Assembly: GCA_007132995.1 (NCBI GenBank)
Contig: SLNP01000014.1
Coordinates: 3,049 to 67,048, forward strand
Direction of reading: 5' to 3'
DNA from: Bacteroidales bacterium
Lineage (GTDB): Bacteria; Bacteroidota; Bacteroidia; Bacteroidales; VadinHA17
DNA length: 64,000 nucleotides
In this document: positions 55,869-64,000 of the stretch, piece after piece
Layout of the letters: every line of letters begins with the position of its first letter
How positions within the stretch are numbered: the first letter of the stretch is position 1
The notes under the pieces: generated by a model
Seen by the model: only the letters and a program-made list of their open reading frames with translations
What the model was told of the DNA's origin: nothing
Database searches by the model: none
Made by a program: the position numbers and the translations under genes

Positions 55869-56429
55869 TCAATCGGCTTTACTGTTGATTTTTATCTCCA
55901 GATAGAAGAAAGAGTAGCTTTCGTTATAATCTTCAAACAGGTACTTAAGTCTGTTCCCGGTCTTACGGGCAATATCTACCAGTCCGAGGCCTCCACCACC
56001 TTTTTCGGAAATCTTCTGGTGATTCAGAATAAATTTATAGAGCTCCTTTATCTCCTCCTTACTTGAGCTGTTTATCCTCTTTATCTTCTCCTCCAGCTTC
56101 TCTATCTTCTCCTTCAGAATGAAGTTTCCGGTAACAATGGTGTACGCACCGTTATCTCTCGAAATAAATAGCATACCAAAGCGATCGCCACTACCACCCT
56201 CATAATCCCGTGGAACGGAGTCAACATGGTGAAAGAGATTCTGAAGCGCCTCTACAAGCACATTATAAACCTTCTTCTTTAATTTGGGGGGCTCGTCAAG
56301 ATCGACCATCCTCTGCTCTACGGCATCAAGGGTGTTATTTATAAAATCAGAATCGACACTACCCTTGAAATCGAGGATAACATCATCCGGTCTCCGTTCA
56401 GAAAGGTAGCTGTCAATATCAAAGCTCAT
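55869..56429 (-). CDS. SiaB-like GHKL-fold protein kinase
   Basis: N-box-like VLVEALQNLFHH and G-box KGGGGLGLVDIARKTG. 186 aa, 21 nt upstream of the SiaC-like gene. Confidence 0.7.
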   Translation of the reverse strand: MSFDIDSYLSERRPDDVILDFKGSVDSDFINNTLDAVEQRMVDLDEPPKLKKKVYNVLVEALQNLFHHVDSVPRDYEGGSGDRFGMLFISRDNGAYTIVTGNFILKEKIEKLEEKIKRINSSSKEEIKELYKFILNHQKISEKGGGGLGLVDIARKTGNRLKYLFEDYNESYSFFYLEIKINSKAD

Positions 56430-56467
56430 GTAAGCTTCATTTAGTACAGGTGAGAAGTTTCAGTTAA

Positions 56468-56475
56468 CAAATATA
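56468..56475 (-). promoter_or_regulatory. Putative -7 box (TATATTTG) for the SiaB/SiaC-like pair
   Basis: Plus strand caaatata is TATATTTG on the minus strand, about 39 nt upstream of ATG 56429. Confidence 0.35.
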
Positions 56476-56595
56476 ATAAAAATATGAAGCAACAAAAAGC
56501 AGCCCTGTTTGCATGCATCAGTTTTACGGGAAGATACCGCTTTTTTTTATGAACTATAGAAAAGGGTGTGACCAACGGCACCCTGCGGCATCTTA

Positions 56596-57729
56596 TCACT
56601 TACGGAAAGAGCCCTCCATAACCTTGTAGTTATTCAGAGTGCACTCTATTGACCCGTTGTAGAGCTTTTGCCTGGATGAAGGTCTGAGCCCCAAATGCTT
56701 CATGGCGGCAGCGGCACCCGACAATATCCATACATCACAACCAACATAGTGATGTTTCAGCACCCTGCCTGTAGATTTATAAAAAAGCTCCAGCTCATCC
56801 GGCACTATTCTCTTGCCGTAAGGGGGGTTGAAAAGAACAATACCGCTGCGATTAACATTAAACGGGGCAGAAAAATCTTCCCTGTTAATCCTTACATCAC
56901 CCTCCAGACCGGCTTTTATCACCCCATCTCTGGCGGCCCTTACTGCGCGCATAGATATATCACTGCCACCAATCTTTACGGTGACAGGCCTTATTCGGCG
57001 GTTATATCTCTCCCTGACCTTCATAAAAAGATGAGAGTCGTAATCACGCCAGTTCATAAAGCCGTAAAAGTCTCTCTTAAAACCGGGAGGGATAGCTGCA
57101 GCAATAAGACCCGCCTCAATGGGAAAGGTGCCCGAACCGCACATTGGATCGTAAAAATCACTATCTCCTCTCCAGCCGGTCAACATTATAATTCCGGCAG
57201 CGAGCGACTCATTGAGGGGAGCACCGGCCTGCAGCTTACGATATCCTCTTTTAAAGAGAGGCAGCACGGATGAATCAACCGACAGGGTCGCCTCTTTGTT
57301 ACTGATATGAAGATTGACAGATATTCTGGGGTGAGCACTGTTCACAGATGGCCTCCTGCCGCTTCTGGTACGAAAGTGGTCTGCTATAGCATCCTTAACA
57401 ACCAACCCCGGATATGCCGTGTGCTGAAAAAGAGGCGAATTGACCACCGGGGTCACAGAGAATGTGTCATTTTCTGACATAAGTGATGACCAATCTATCT
57501 TAAGGGCACCGCGATATAGATCATCACGGGATGAAATATAAAAGCCGCCCACCTTAACAAGAATGGAGAGAGCGGACCGCAGCATGTAGTTTGCACCATA
57601 TAGTTGCTCCCTGCCCCCTTCGAAGGTAACCGCCCTGTTCCCTTTCTCTACTCCCTCTATGCCAAGAGCGCCAAGCTCCCCGGCAACAACATCTTCAAGC
57701 CCATAAAGGGTTTTAACCGTTATCTCCAT
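56596..57729 (-). CDS. THUMP-domain class I SAM-dependent RNA methyltransferase (UPF0020/RlmL-N-like)
   Basis: N-terminal THUMP-like region, SAM pocket DPMCGSGTFPIEA, catalytic LFNPPYGKR. Confidence 0.8.
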   Translation of the reverse strand: MEITVKTLYGLEDVVAGELGALGIEGVEKGNRAVTFEGGREQLYGANYMLRSALSILVKVGGFYISSRDDLYRGALKIDWSSLMSENDTFSVTPVVNSPLFQHTAYPGLVVKDAIADHFRTRSGRRPSVNSAHPRISVNLHISNKEATLSVDSSVLPLFKRGYRKLQAGAPLNESLAAGIIMLTGWRGDSDFYDPMCGSGTFPIEAGLIAAAIPPGFKRDFYGFMNWRDYDSHLFMKVRERYNRRIRPVTVKIGGSDISMRAVRAARDGVIKAGLEGDVRINREDFSAPFNVNRSGIVLFNPPYGKRIVPDELELFYKSTGRVLKHHYVGCDVWILSGAAAAMKHLGLRPSSRQKLYNGSIECTLNNYKVMEGSFRK

Positions 57730-57750
57730 TATTCTGTATCCTGAAGCCGA

Positions 57751-59355
57751 TCAATATCCAAGGGCATCTCTGTAGGCCTCCGGGTCGGTGATAATTCGAA
57801 GTGCATTAATGATTACGGGGTCTTCTTCATTAATTACCATGAAATAGTTCTCCATATCCCAGATATCACGAGCTACCAGCCCCTTCATTATTCTGAAAAG
57901 CTCAGCCTCAGCTGCCTGAAACTGTTCTCTGCTAATTTCCACGCCTGCCTCACCGGCAACTTCAATAAATTGCTGCCGCTCATCGTCAGAAAACTCAAAA
58001 TCGCGCCTGAATCTGTCAAAGTCCTCATATTGGGCCAACAGCCTGCTCCTGTTAGAGTCGACATACCCGAGGGTAAATCTTGTTATAGCACCAAGCCTTA
58101 CCACCTCTCTGTAGAAGCTGTTGAATACCGTTGTATCAGCACCAATAAAGAGATCAGGCATGATTCCTCCTCCGCCAAACACGACTCTTCTGTTTACAAG
58201 TGTCTCTGCCTGAAGCGAATCAGGGAAAGCGATGTTAACTGAAGAGACCTGCTCTCCCCTTGCGTATCTGCTCATAAACTCCTCCATATATCTGTCATAA
58301 CCGTCAGCGTAGGGACTCTGTATTGATCTACCTGAAGGGGTATAGTAGCGGGCAACGGTTAACCGTACCATAGATCCGTCAGTAAGCGTAAAGCCATTCT
58401 GCACCAAGCCCTTGCCAAATGTTCTGCGACCAATTACAACTCCACGATCCCAGTCCTGAAGGGCTCCCGCAAGAATCTCACTGGCAGAGGCTGAACCCTC
58501 ATCGGTAAGCACCACAACTCTGGCATCGGCAAGCGATGTCTCCGAAGAGGATCTGAAATCCTGTCTGTCCATGCTTTTACCCTCAAGGTATACTACCATC
58601 CTGTCATCAGAAAGGAATGCGTCTGCTATAGCAACAGCAGGGGCCATGACACCACCTGAGTTGCCGCGAAGATCGAGAATGATATTTTTCATCCCCCTCT
58701 CCCTGAGCTTCTCTACCGCCTCATTGAACTCATCTTCGGTCGACATTGAGAACCGGTTGAGCTTTATGTAACCAGTCTCCTCATCGATCATATAGGAAGC
58801 ATCCAGACTGTTAACAGGTATTTTATCGCGGGTTATGGTAAATTCGGTTATTCCGTCTGTGCCCCGTCTGTAAACACCTACCCTTACTTTAGTACCCTTT
58901 TCGCCCAACAATCTGTTACGAACCCCGGTAGTGGTAATAGAGACTCCGGCAACATCCTCATCCTCTATGGTAACAATCCTGTCGCCCGGCATAATCCCAA
59001 CCTTCTCGGAAGGTCCGCCCGGAATTGGTGCTGTAACAAGTATGGTGTCATTCAGAATGTTGAACTGGATACCAATGCCCTCGAAGTTCCCCAGGAGTGG
59101 TTCATTCATTTCCGCCACCTCATCTGCAGGTATATACGCAGAATGAGGATCGAGCGACCTGAGGAGCGCCACAATGGCATCGCGGGTAACCATCTCCATA
59201 TCGACTGTGTCGATATAAAAATTCTCTATAAGCCCGAGAAGCCTGGCTATCTTGAATGTTTGCTCACTCAGCAGTTGTGCATTAAGCGAAGGGATAAGAA
59301 GCACAAACAGCGCTACTGTAACTGTACCCTTTTTAAAAATATTGATAATCTTCAT
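57751..59355 (-). CDS. S41 family C-terminal processing peptidase
   Basis: Signal peptide, PDZ (GIMPGDRIVTIEDEDVAG), catalytic region DEGSASASEILAGAL...TFGKGLVQ. Confidence 0.85.
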   Translation of the reverse strand: MKIINIFKKGTVTVALFVLLIPSLNAQLLSEQTFKIARLLGLIENFYIDTVDMEMVTRDAIVALLRSLDPHSAYIPADEVAEMNEPLLGNFEGIGIQFNILNDTILVTAPIPGGPSEKVGIMPGDRIVTIEDEDVAGVSITTTGVRNRLLGEKGTKVRVGVYRRGTDGITEFTITRDKIPVNSLDASYMIDEETGYIKLNRFSMSTEDEFNEAVEKLRERGMKNIILDLRGNSGGVMAPAVAIADAFLSDDRMVVYLEGKSMDRQDFRSSSETSLADARVVVLTDEGSASASEILAGALQDWDRGVVIGRRTFGKGLVQNGFTLTDGSMVRLTVARYYTPSGRSIQSPYADGYDRYMEEFMSRYARGEQVSSVNIAFPDSLQAETLVNRRVVFGGGGIMPDLFIGADTTVFNSFYREVVRLGAITRFTLGYVDSNRSRLLAQYEDFDRFRRDFEFSDDERQQFIEVAGEAGVEISREQFQAAEAELFRIMKGLVARDIWDMENYFMVINEEDPVIINALRIITDPEAYRDALGY

Positions 59356-59373
59356 ACTACTTTAATTAATGAT

Positions 59374-60903
59374 TTACTCCCACTCGATGGTGGCTGGAGG
59401 TTTGGAGCTGATGTCATAAACAACCCTGTTAACCCCGACAACCTTATTGATGATCTCATTGGAGACATCAGCAAGGAATTCATACGGAAGGTGCGACCAG
59501 TCAGCTGTCATTCCGTCTGTCGAGCCAACGGCACGGAGTACGACAGTTCCCTCATAGGTCCTCTCATCACCCATAACCCCTACTGACTGGACAGGGAGCA
59601 GCATTACACCGGCCTGCCAAACCTTATCATAAAGCCCCTCCCTGCGAAGCGCCTCTATAAATATGTTATCTGCACTCTTGAGTATATGGAGTTTGTCTGC
59701 CGTAACCTCACCAAGAACCCTTATGGCAAGCCCGGGGCCGGGGAAAGGGTGCCTTTTAAGTATCACACCGGGCATTTCAAGAGCCTCACCTACTCGCCTG
59801 ACTTCATCTTTAAAGAGAAGTCGAAGAGGTTCCACCACATTAAGATTCATCTTCTCAGGAAGCCCTCCGACATTGTGATGCGATTTTATGGTGACCGATG
59901 GGCCGTTGACAGAAACCGATTCAATAACATCAGGATAGATGGTGCCTTGAGCCAGCCACCTTACACCCTCAAGCTTTGAGGCCTCCTCTTCAAATATCTC
60001 AATAAAGACCCCTCCGATAATCTTTCTCTTTGTCTCCGGATCGGATATTCCCTTAAGGGCTTTGAGAAACCTGTCAGAAGCGTTTACTCCTATAACCTTA
60101 AGCCCAATATCCCTGTAGGTTTCCAGCACCTTCTCAAACTCATTGAGCCTTAGTAGCCCGTTATCAACAAAAATCGAGGTAAGATTATCGCCTATTGCCC
60201 TGTTAAGCAGTATTGCCGAAACTGAAGAGTCAACCCCTCCGGAAAGACCAAGAACGACCCTGTCATTACCAAGCTGTTTACGGAGCGACTCTACTGTAGC
60301 CTCGGCAAAAGAGTCTGGTGTCCAGTCCTGGCGACAACCACATATATTGACAACAAAATTTTCCAGGATTCTCTTACCTTCTGTTGTGTGATACACCTCA
60401 GGATGAAACTGAAGGCCCCATGTAGGTTCCCCACCTATATGATACGCCGCATTGGAGACATCGGTAGTTGACCCTATTATCCGGTAGTCGTCAGGCAAAC
60501 CTGTTATGGTATCTCCGTGTGACATCCATACCTGCGAACCCGATGCAACATCTTTGAAGAGCGGATCGCCGCTATCTGTAAACATCAGCTTCGCCCTGCC
60601 ATACTCTCTTGAGGTAGAAGGGAGAACCTCTCCGCCGTTCGCATGTGCCAGATATTGGGCCCCGAAACAGAGCCCCAGGAGTGGCACCTTACCCCTTATA
60701 CCCATGAGGTCGGGCGCCGGCGCATTACTATCCCTTACAGAAAAGGGACTACCGGAAAGGATAACACCCATAATCTCTCTATCACCCTCCGGAATATTAT
60801 TGTATGGGTAAATCTCGCAATAGACATTAAGCTCGCGAATTCTCCTGGCAATCAATTGGGTATATTGAGAACCAAAATCTATAACTACAATTTTATCCTG
60901 CAC
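59374..60903 (-). CDS. guaA: GMP synthase (glutamine-hydrolysing)
   Basis: GATase ([14 protein letters not shown]), ATP-PPase SGGVDSSV, C-terminal ...[11 protein letters not shown] start at 60903. Confidence 0.95.
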   Translation of the reverse strand: MQDKIVVIDFGSQYTQLIARRIRELNVYCEIYPYNNIPEGDREIMGVILSGSPFSVRDSNAPAPDLMGIRGKVPLLGLCFGAQYLAHANGGEVLPSTSREYGRAKLMFTDSGDPLFKDVASGSQVWMSHGDTITGLPDDYRIIGSTTDVSNAAYHIGGEPTWGLQFHPEVYHTTEGKRILENFVVNICGCRQDWTPDSFAEATVESLRKQLGNDRVVLGLSGGVDSSVSAILLNRAIGDNLTSIFVDNGLLRLNEFEKVLETYRDIGLKVIGVNASDRFLKALKGISDPETKRKIIGGVFIEIFEEEASKLEGVRWLAQGTIYPDVIESVSVNGPSVTIKSHHNVGGLPEKMNLNVVEPLRLLFKDEVRRVGEALEMPGVILKRHPFPGPGLAIRVLGEVTADKLHILKSADNIFIEALRREGLYDKVWQAGVMLLPVQSVGVMGDERTYEGTVVLRAVGSTDGMTADWSHLPYEFLADVSNEIINKVVGVNRVVYDISSKPPATIEWE

Positions 60904-60930
60904 CTTACTTCAATTTTTATTATTAATTTT

Positions 60931-60938
60931 CAAAGATA
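60931..60938 (-). promoter_or_regulatory. Putative -7 box (TATCTTTG) for guaA
   Basis: Plus strand caaagata is TATCTTTG on the minus strand, 28 nt upstream of the guaA start. Confidence 0.4.
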
Positions 60939-60951
60939 GCGAAAAACTTTT

Positions 60952-61881
60952 TCAGCCCTTTCTCAGCGAACCTACATCTATTACCATATTCTCATGCGCT
61001 GCAACTGTCTCAGGAAAAAGGGTGGCTGCCTCCTCAACAAGGGGGTCAGCATCCCGGTAGCGGGACGAGAAGTGCCCTATCACTAGTCTTCCCACACCAG
61101 CCTTCGAGGCCACCCTAGCAGCATCAAGTGCTGTTGAGTGTCCTGTTTTTAGTGCAAACTCTTCAAGAGAGCTGTCAAATGTTGCTTCGTGGTAAAGGAG
61201 ATCGACCCCTTTTACAAATGAGGAGAGTCTTTCAAAGTAAGATGTATCACTGCAGTAGGCATATGAGAGCGGGTCGGGCGGGGCAAGCGTAATTTGATGG
61301 TTAGGTACTACAGCACCATCATCTCTGACAAGATCTTTCCCCTGCTTAATCCCCTTCATCTGTGATACAGGTATTGGGTATTCATTTATGGCCTCAGGAA
61401 CAATACTCCTTTCCCGCAATCTCTCTTTGAATAAAAAACCAAACGAAGGAACCCTGTGTTTAAGAGGAAAGGCGGTAACCGTCAAGTGTTTATCACTTAG
61501 AACAACAGCCGGATCCCTGCCAGCAAGAGGAGTAAACTTCAACTCAAAATCGAGTATAATATCGAAATCTGACAGGTGGCGAGGCAATATATGTTCGTAG
61601 CCCGCCGGAGCATAGATATGCATCGAGTGCTCTCTTCCCATGAGGTTAAGAGACGAGAGTAAGCCATAAAGACCAAATATATGGTCGCCATGAAGGTGAG
61701 AGATGAAAATATGATTTATCCGCCCCATCCTTATACGGTTACGGCGCAACTGCATCTGGGTTCCCTCTCCACAATCTATTAAAAAAGGCCGCTCATGCAC
61801 GGTTAGTACATGAGCGGAAGGGTATCTTTCAGATGTTGGCAGAGCCGAACTACTACCCAGTATGGTTAGTATAAAACTCAC
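60952..61881 (-). CDS. rnz: Ribonuclease Z
   Basis: Metallo-beta-lactamase HxHxDH motif (ISHLHGDH), ...LIDCGEGTQ, ...HFSSRY. GTG start at 61881. Confidence 0.9.
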   Translation of the reverse strand: MSFILTILGSSSALPTSERYPSAHVLTVHERPFLIDCGEGTQMQLRRNRIRMGRINHIFISHLHGDHIFGLYGLLSSLNLMGREHSMHIYAPAGYEHILPRHLSDFDIILDFELKFTPLAGRDPAVVLSDKHLTVTAFPLKHRVPSFGFLFKERLRERSIVPEAINEYPIPVSQMKGIKQGKDLVRDDGAVVPNHQITLAPPDPLSYAYCSDTSYFERLSSFVKGVDLLYHEATFDSSLEEFALKTGHSTALDAARVASKAGVGRLVIGHFSSRYRDADPLVEEAATLFPETVAAHENMVIDVGSLRKG

Positions 61882-61899
61882 TCTGCTACTATGTCCCTT

Positions 61900-62241
61900 T
61901 TAATCATTGATCATTTTCTCAGCTTCACTGATATTGGAAGTTATAGTGAGAACCGTATCAAGTTGTGATATTGTTATCAGACGCTCAACAGCCTCATTGA
62001 GACCACAAAGCACAAAAGTTCCTCCGGCATTCTTGCACAGCCTGTTGGCTACAAGAATAGAGCTCAGACCGGAAGAGTCACAGTAGTTACAGTTGCTCAG
62101 GTCAAGAATAATGTTCTTCTCACCCTTGCCGGAGACAAGTACCAGCTCCGACTTAAGGGCCGGAGCTATATGCGTATCAAGTTTCTCTGTAAGAATCTCG
62201 ATAACAGTACCTTTATCACGACTTTCGACTATAAAATCCAT
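61900..62241 (-). CDS. STAS domain protein (second SpoIIAA-like antagonist)
   Basis: IILDLSNCNYCDSSGLSSILVANR. 113 aa, between rpsA and rnz. Confidence 0.8.
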   Translation of the reverse strand: MDFIVESRDKGTVIEILTEKLDTHIAPALKSELVLVSGKGEKNIILDLSNCNYCDSSGLSSILVANRLCKNAGGTFVLCGLNEAVERLITISQLDTVLTITSNISEAEKMIND

Positions 62242-62271
62242 ATAAGCAGTTATTAGATAGCCTAAAAGTAA

Positions 62272-64000
62272 CTATTTTTTCTTTTCCTGAGAACTTTTAT
62301 TCTCTTTTTCTTCCATCTCCTCTTTCAGAGCGGCCAGGTCGGTTATATCACCCAGGGTTGTCTTTTCAAGCCCCGACTTGAGCTTTCTGGCAGCCTTTCT
62401 GGTAGACTCAGTTTCCGACTTTCTGGAGGAGGTTTCCGACTTATCTCTTACATCTTCAAATGTCCTGCTATGGGAGAGAATAATCTTCTTGGCCGTTTTA
62501 TTGAACTCTATAACCTTGAAGTTAAGTTTCTCCTCAACTTTTGCAGGAGAGCCATCCTCCTTGGTAAGATGCCTTGGGGTGACAAAGCCCTCAACGCCAT
62601 AAGGAAGGGCTACTACAGCACCCTTGTCGAACAGTTCTGTTATAGTACCCTCATGGACAGAGTCAACCGCAAAAATTGTCTCGAACACATCCCATGGGTT
62701 CTCTTCAAGCTGCTTATGACCAAGGCTCAGCCTCCTGTTTTCCTTATCTATCTCCAGAACCACAACCTCTATCTCAGCATCAATAGATGTGAACTCTGCC
62801 GGATGCTTTATCTTTTTGGTCCATGAGAGGTCTGAAATATGTATCAGTCCGTCAACACCCTCTTCGATCTCAACAAAAACTCCAAAGTTGGTGAAGTTCC
62901 TCACCCTTGCCTTATGGGTAGAACCTACTGTATACTTCTCATCAATCTTCTCCCACGGATCTTCCTTAAGCTGCTTGATTCCCAGCGACATTTTCCTCTC
63001 TTCCCTGTCAAGGGTCAGAACTACCGCTTCAACTTCGTCTCCGACCTTCATAAACTCCTGTGCGCTCCTGAGATGCTGTGACCATGACATCTCCGACACA
63101 TGTATCAGGCCTTCAACACCGGGGGCTATCTCAACAAAGGCACCATAGTCTGCCATAACAACAACTTTGCCCTTAACCTTATCACCGACCTTAAGGTCAG
63201 GATCGATAGAATCCCATGGATGGGGGGTCAGCTGCTTAAGACCCAGTGCTATTCTTTTCTTGTCATCGTCGAAATCGAGAATAACAACATTGATCTTCTG
63301 ATCAAGTTCGAGTATCTCTTCCGGATGGTTAACCCTTCCCCAGCTGAGGTCTGTTATATGTATGAGTCCGTCAACACCACCCAGATCTATAAAGACGCCA
63401 TAAGAGGTAATATTCTTGACTGTACCCTCAAGCACCTGTCCCTTCTCGAGCTTGGCGATAATTTCTTTTTTCTGCTGTTCAAGTTCGGCCTCAATAAGAG
63501 CCTTATGTGACACAACAACATTCTTGAACTCCTGATTGATCTTGACAACCTTGAACTCCATGGTTTTGCCAACATATACATCATAGTCACGGATAGGCTT
63601 GACATCGATCTGAGAGCCCGGCAGGAAGGACTCAATTCCAAAGATATCAACTATCATACCTCCCTTGGTGCGACACTTGATGTATCCGGTAATAATCTCA
63701 TCGTTTTCAAGGGCTGCATTGACCCTTTCCCATGACTTCATGGCACGGGCCTTTTTGTGAGACAGCACAAGCTGCCCTCTCTTATCTTCCTTGCTCTCAA
63801 CATAGAGCTCTACCGTATCACCAACCTTAAGGTCAGGATTATACCTGAACTCATTGAGACTTATAACACCCTCCGATTTGTATCCAATGTTTACAACGAC
63901 CTCTCTGTTGGTCATGGCTATCACCACACCATCAACGAGCTCATTATCACCTACAGATGAGAGCGTCCTGTCGTATAACTCTTCATGCTCGGGGTTCCTC
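62272..64000 (-). CDS. rpsA: 30S ribosomal protein S1 (N-terminus lies beyond the window edge)
   Basis: Multiple S1 repeats (GQVLEGTVKNITSYGVFIDLGGVDGLIHITDLSW, GDKVKGKVVVMADYGAFVEI..GLIHVSEMSW, and others). The frame stays open from 63927 to 64000 (...RNPEHEELYDRTLSSVGDNELVDGVVIAM...). Confidence 0.9.
   Translation of the reverse strand, partial: RNPEHEELYDRTLSSVGDNELVDGVVIAMTNREVVVNIGYKSEGVISLNEFRYNPDLKVGDTVELYVESKEDKRGQLVLSHKKARAMKSWERVNAALENDEIITGYIKCRTKGGMIVDIFGIESFLPGSQIDVKPIRDYDVYVGKTMEFKVVKINQEFKNVVVSHKALIEAELEQQKKEIIAKLEKGQVLEGTVKNITSYGVFIDLGGVDGLIHITDLSWGRVNHPEEILELDQKINVVILDFDDDKKRIALGLKQLTPHPWDSIDPDLKVGDKVKGKVVVMADYGAFVEIAPGVEGLIHVSEMSWSQHLRSAQEFMKVGDEVEAVVLTLDREERKMSLGIKQLKEDPWEKIDEKYTVGSTHKARVRNFTNFGVFVEIEEGVDGLIHISDLSWTKKIKHPAEFTSIDAEIEVVVLEIDKENRRLSLGHKQLEENPWDVFETIFAVDSVHEGTITELFDKGAVVALPYGVEGFVTPRHLTKEDGSPAKVEEKLNFKVIEFNKTAKKIILSHSRTFEDVRDKSETSSRKSETESTRKAARKLKSGLEKTTLGDITDLAALKEEMEEKENKSSQEKKK

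Noticed and set aside
56695-57273. 192-aa plus-strand ORF inside the THUMP methyltransferase gene
   Set aside because: It is antisense to a gene with clear SAM-binding and NPPYG motifs, and I recognise no motif of its own.
1-64000. Mobile elements, genomic island, defence system, tRNA/rRNA genes
   Set aside because: - No transposase, integrase, recombinase, phage, restriction-modification, toxin-antitoxin or cas-like ORF appears in the six-frame track.
- No tRNA-like GTTCGAATC T-arm motifs appear in the spacers.
- Gene content is core housekeeping throughout.

Overview
This 64-kb window looks like core chromosome from a Bacteroidota-type genome. That placement is inferred from gene content and synteny: serC-serA-DUF1015, folP-cdaA, a DoxX/MauE-like gene next to tpiA, TAnnTTTG -7 boxes, and A-rich leaders in place of Shine-Dalgarno sites.

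About 55 genes are tightly packed and mostly housekeeping:
- Cell envelope: murB, mltG, cls, an OmpA-family protein, OM beta-barrel proteins.
- Central and amino-acid metabolism: tpiA, serA, serC, gcvT, iorAB, guaA, folP, tmk.
- DNA/RNA/protein maintenance: uvrA, ssb, rsmE, rnz, rpsA (runs off the 3' edge), clpB, and several peptidases (two tandem M28, S9, S41).

By eye I found no rRNA, tRNA, CRISPR array, transposase, integrase, prophage or recognisable defence gene. I do not see a self-contained novel multi-gene system that I can defend.

Items worth a second look:
1. Two tracts of degenerate heptanucleotide (7-bp period) repeats of the same family in opposite orientation (104-232 and 13984-14123).
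2. Partner-switching/phosphorelay parts concentrated at 48.5-62.3 kb with no visible kinase/phosphatase/output partners: a translationally coupled Hpt-STAS pair, an orphan SiaB/SiaC-like pair, and a second STAS gene between rpsA and rnz.
3. A 1023-aa ABCG-type transporter with extra N- and C-terminal modules.
4. A 1493-aa secreted protein with no recognisable domain.
5. An ankyrin-repeat protein with a beta-barrel-like C-terminus, in an operon with a lipoprotein.
6. DUF1015 as the terminal gene of the serC-serA operon.

All functional calls rest on motif recognition in the supplied translations. No database search was run.
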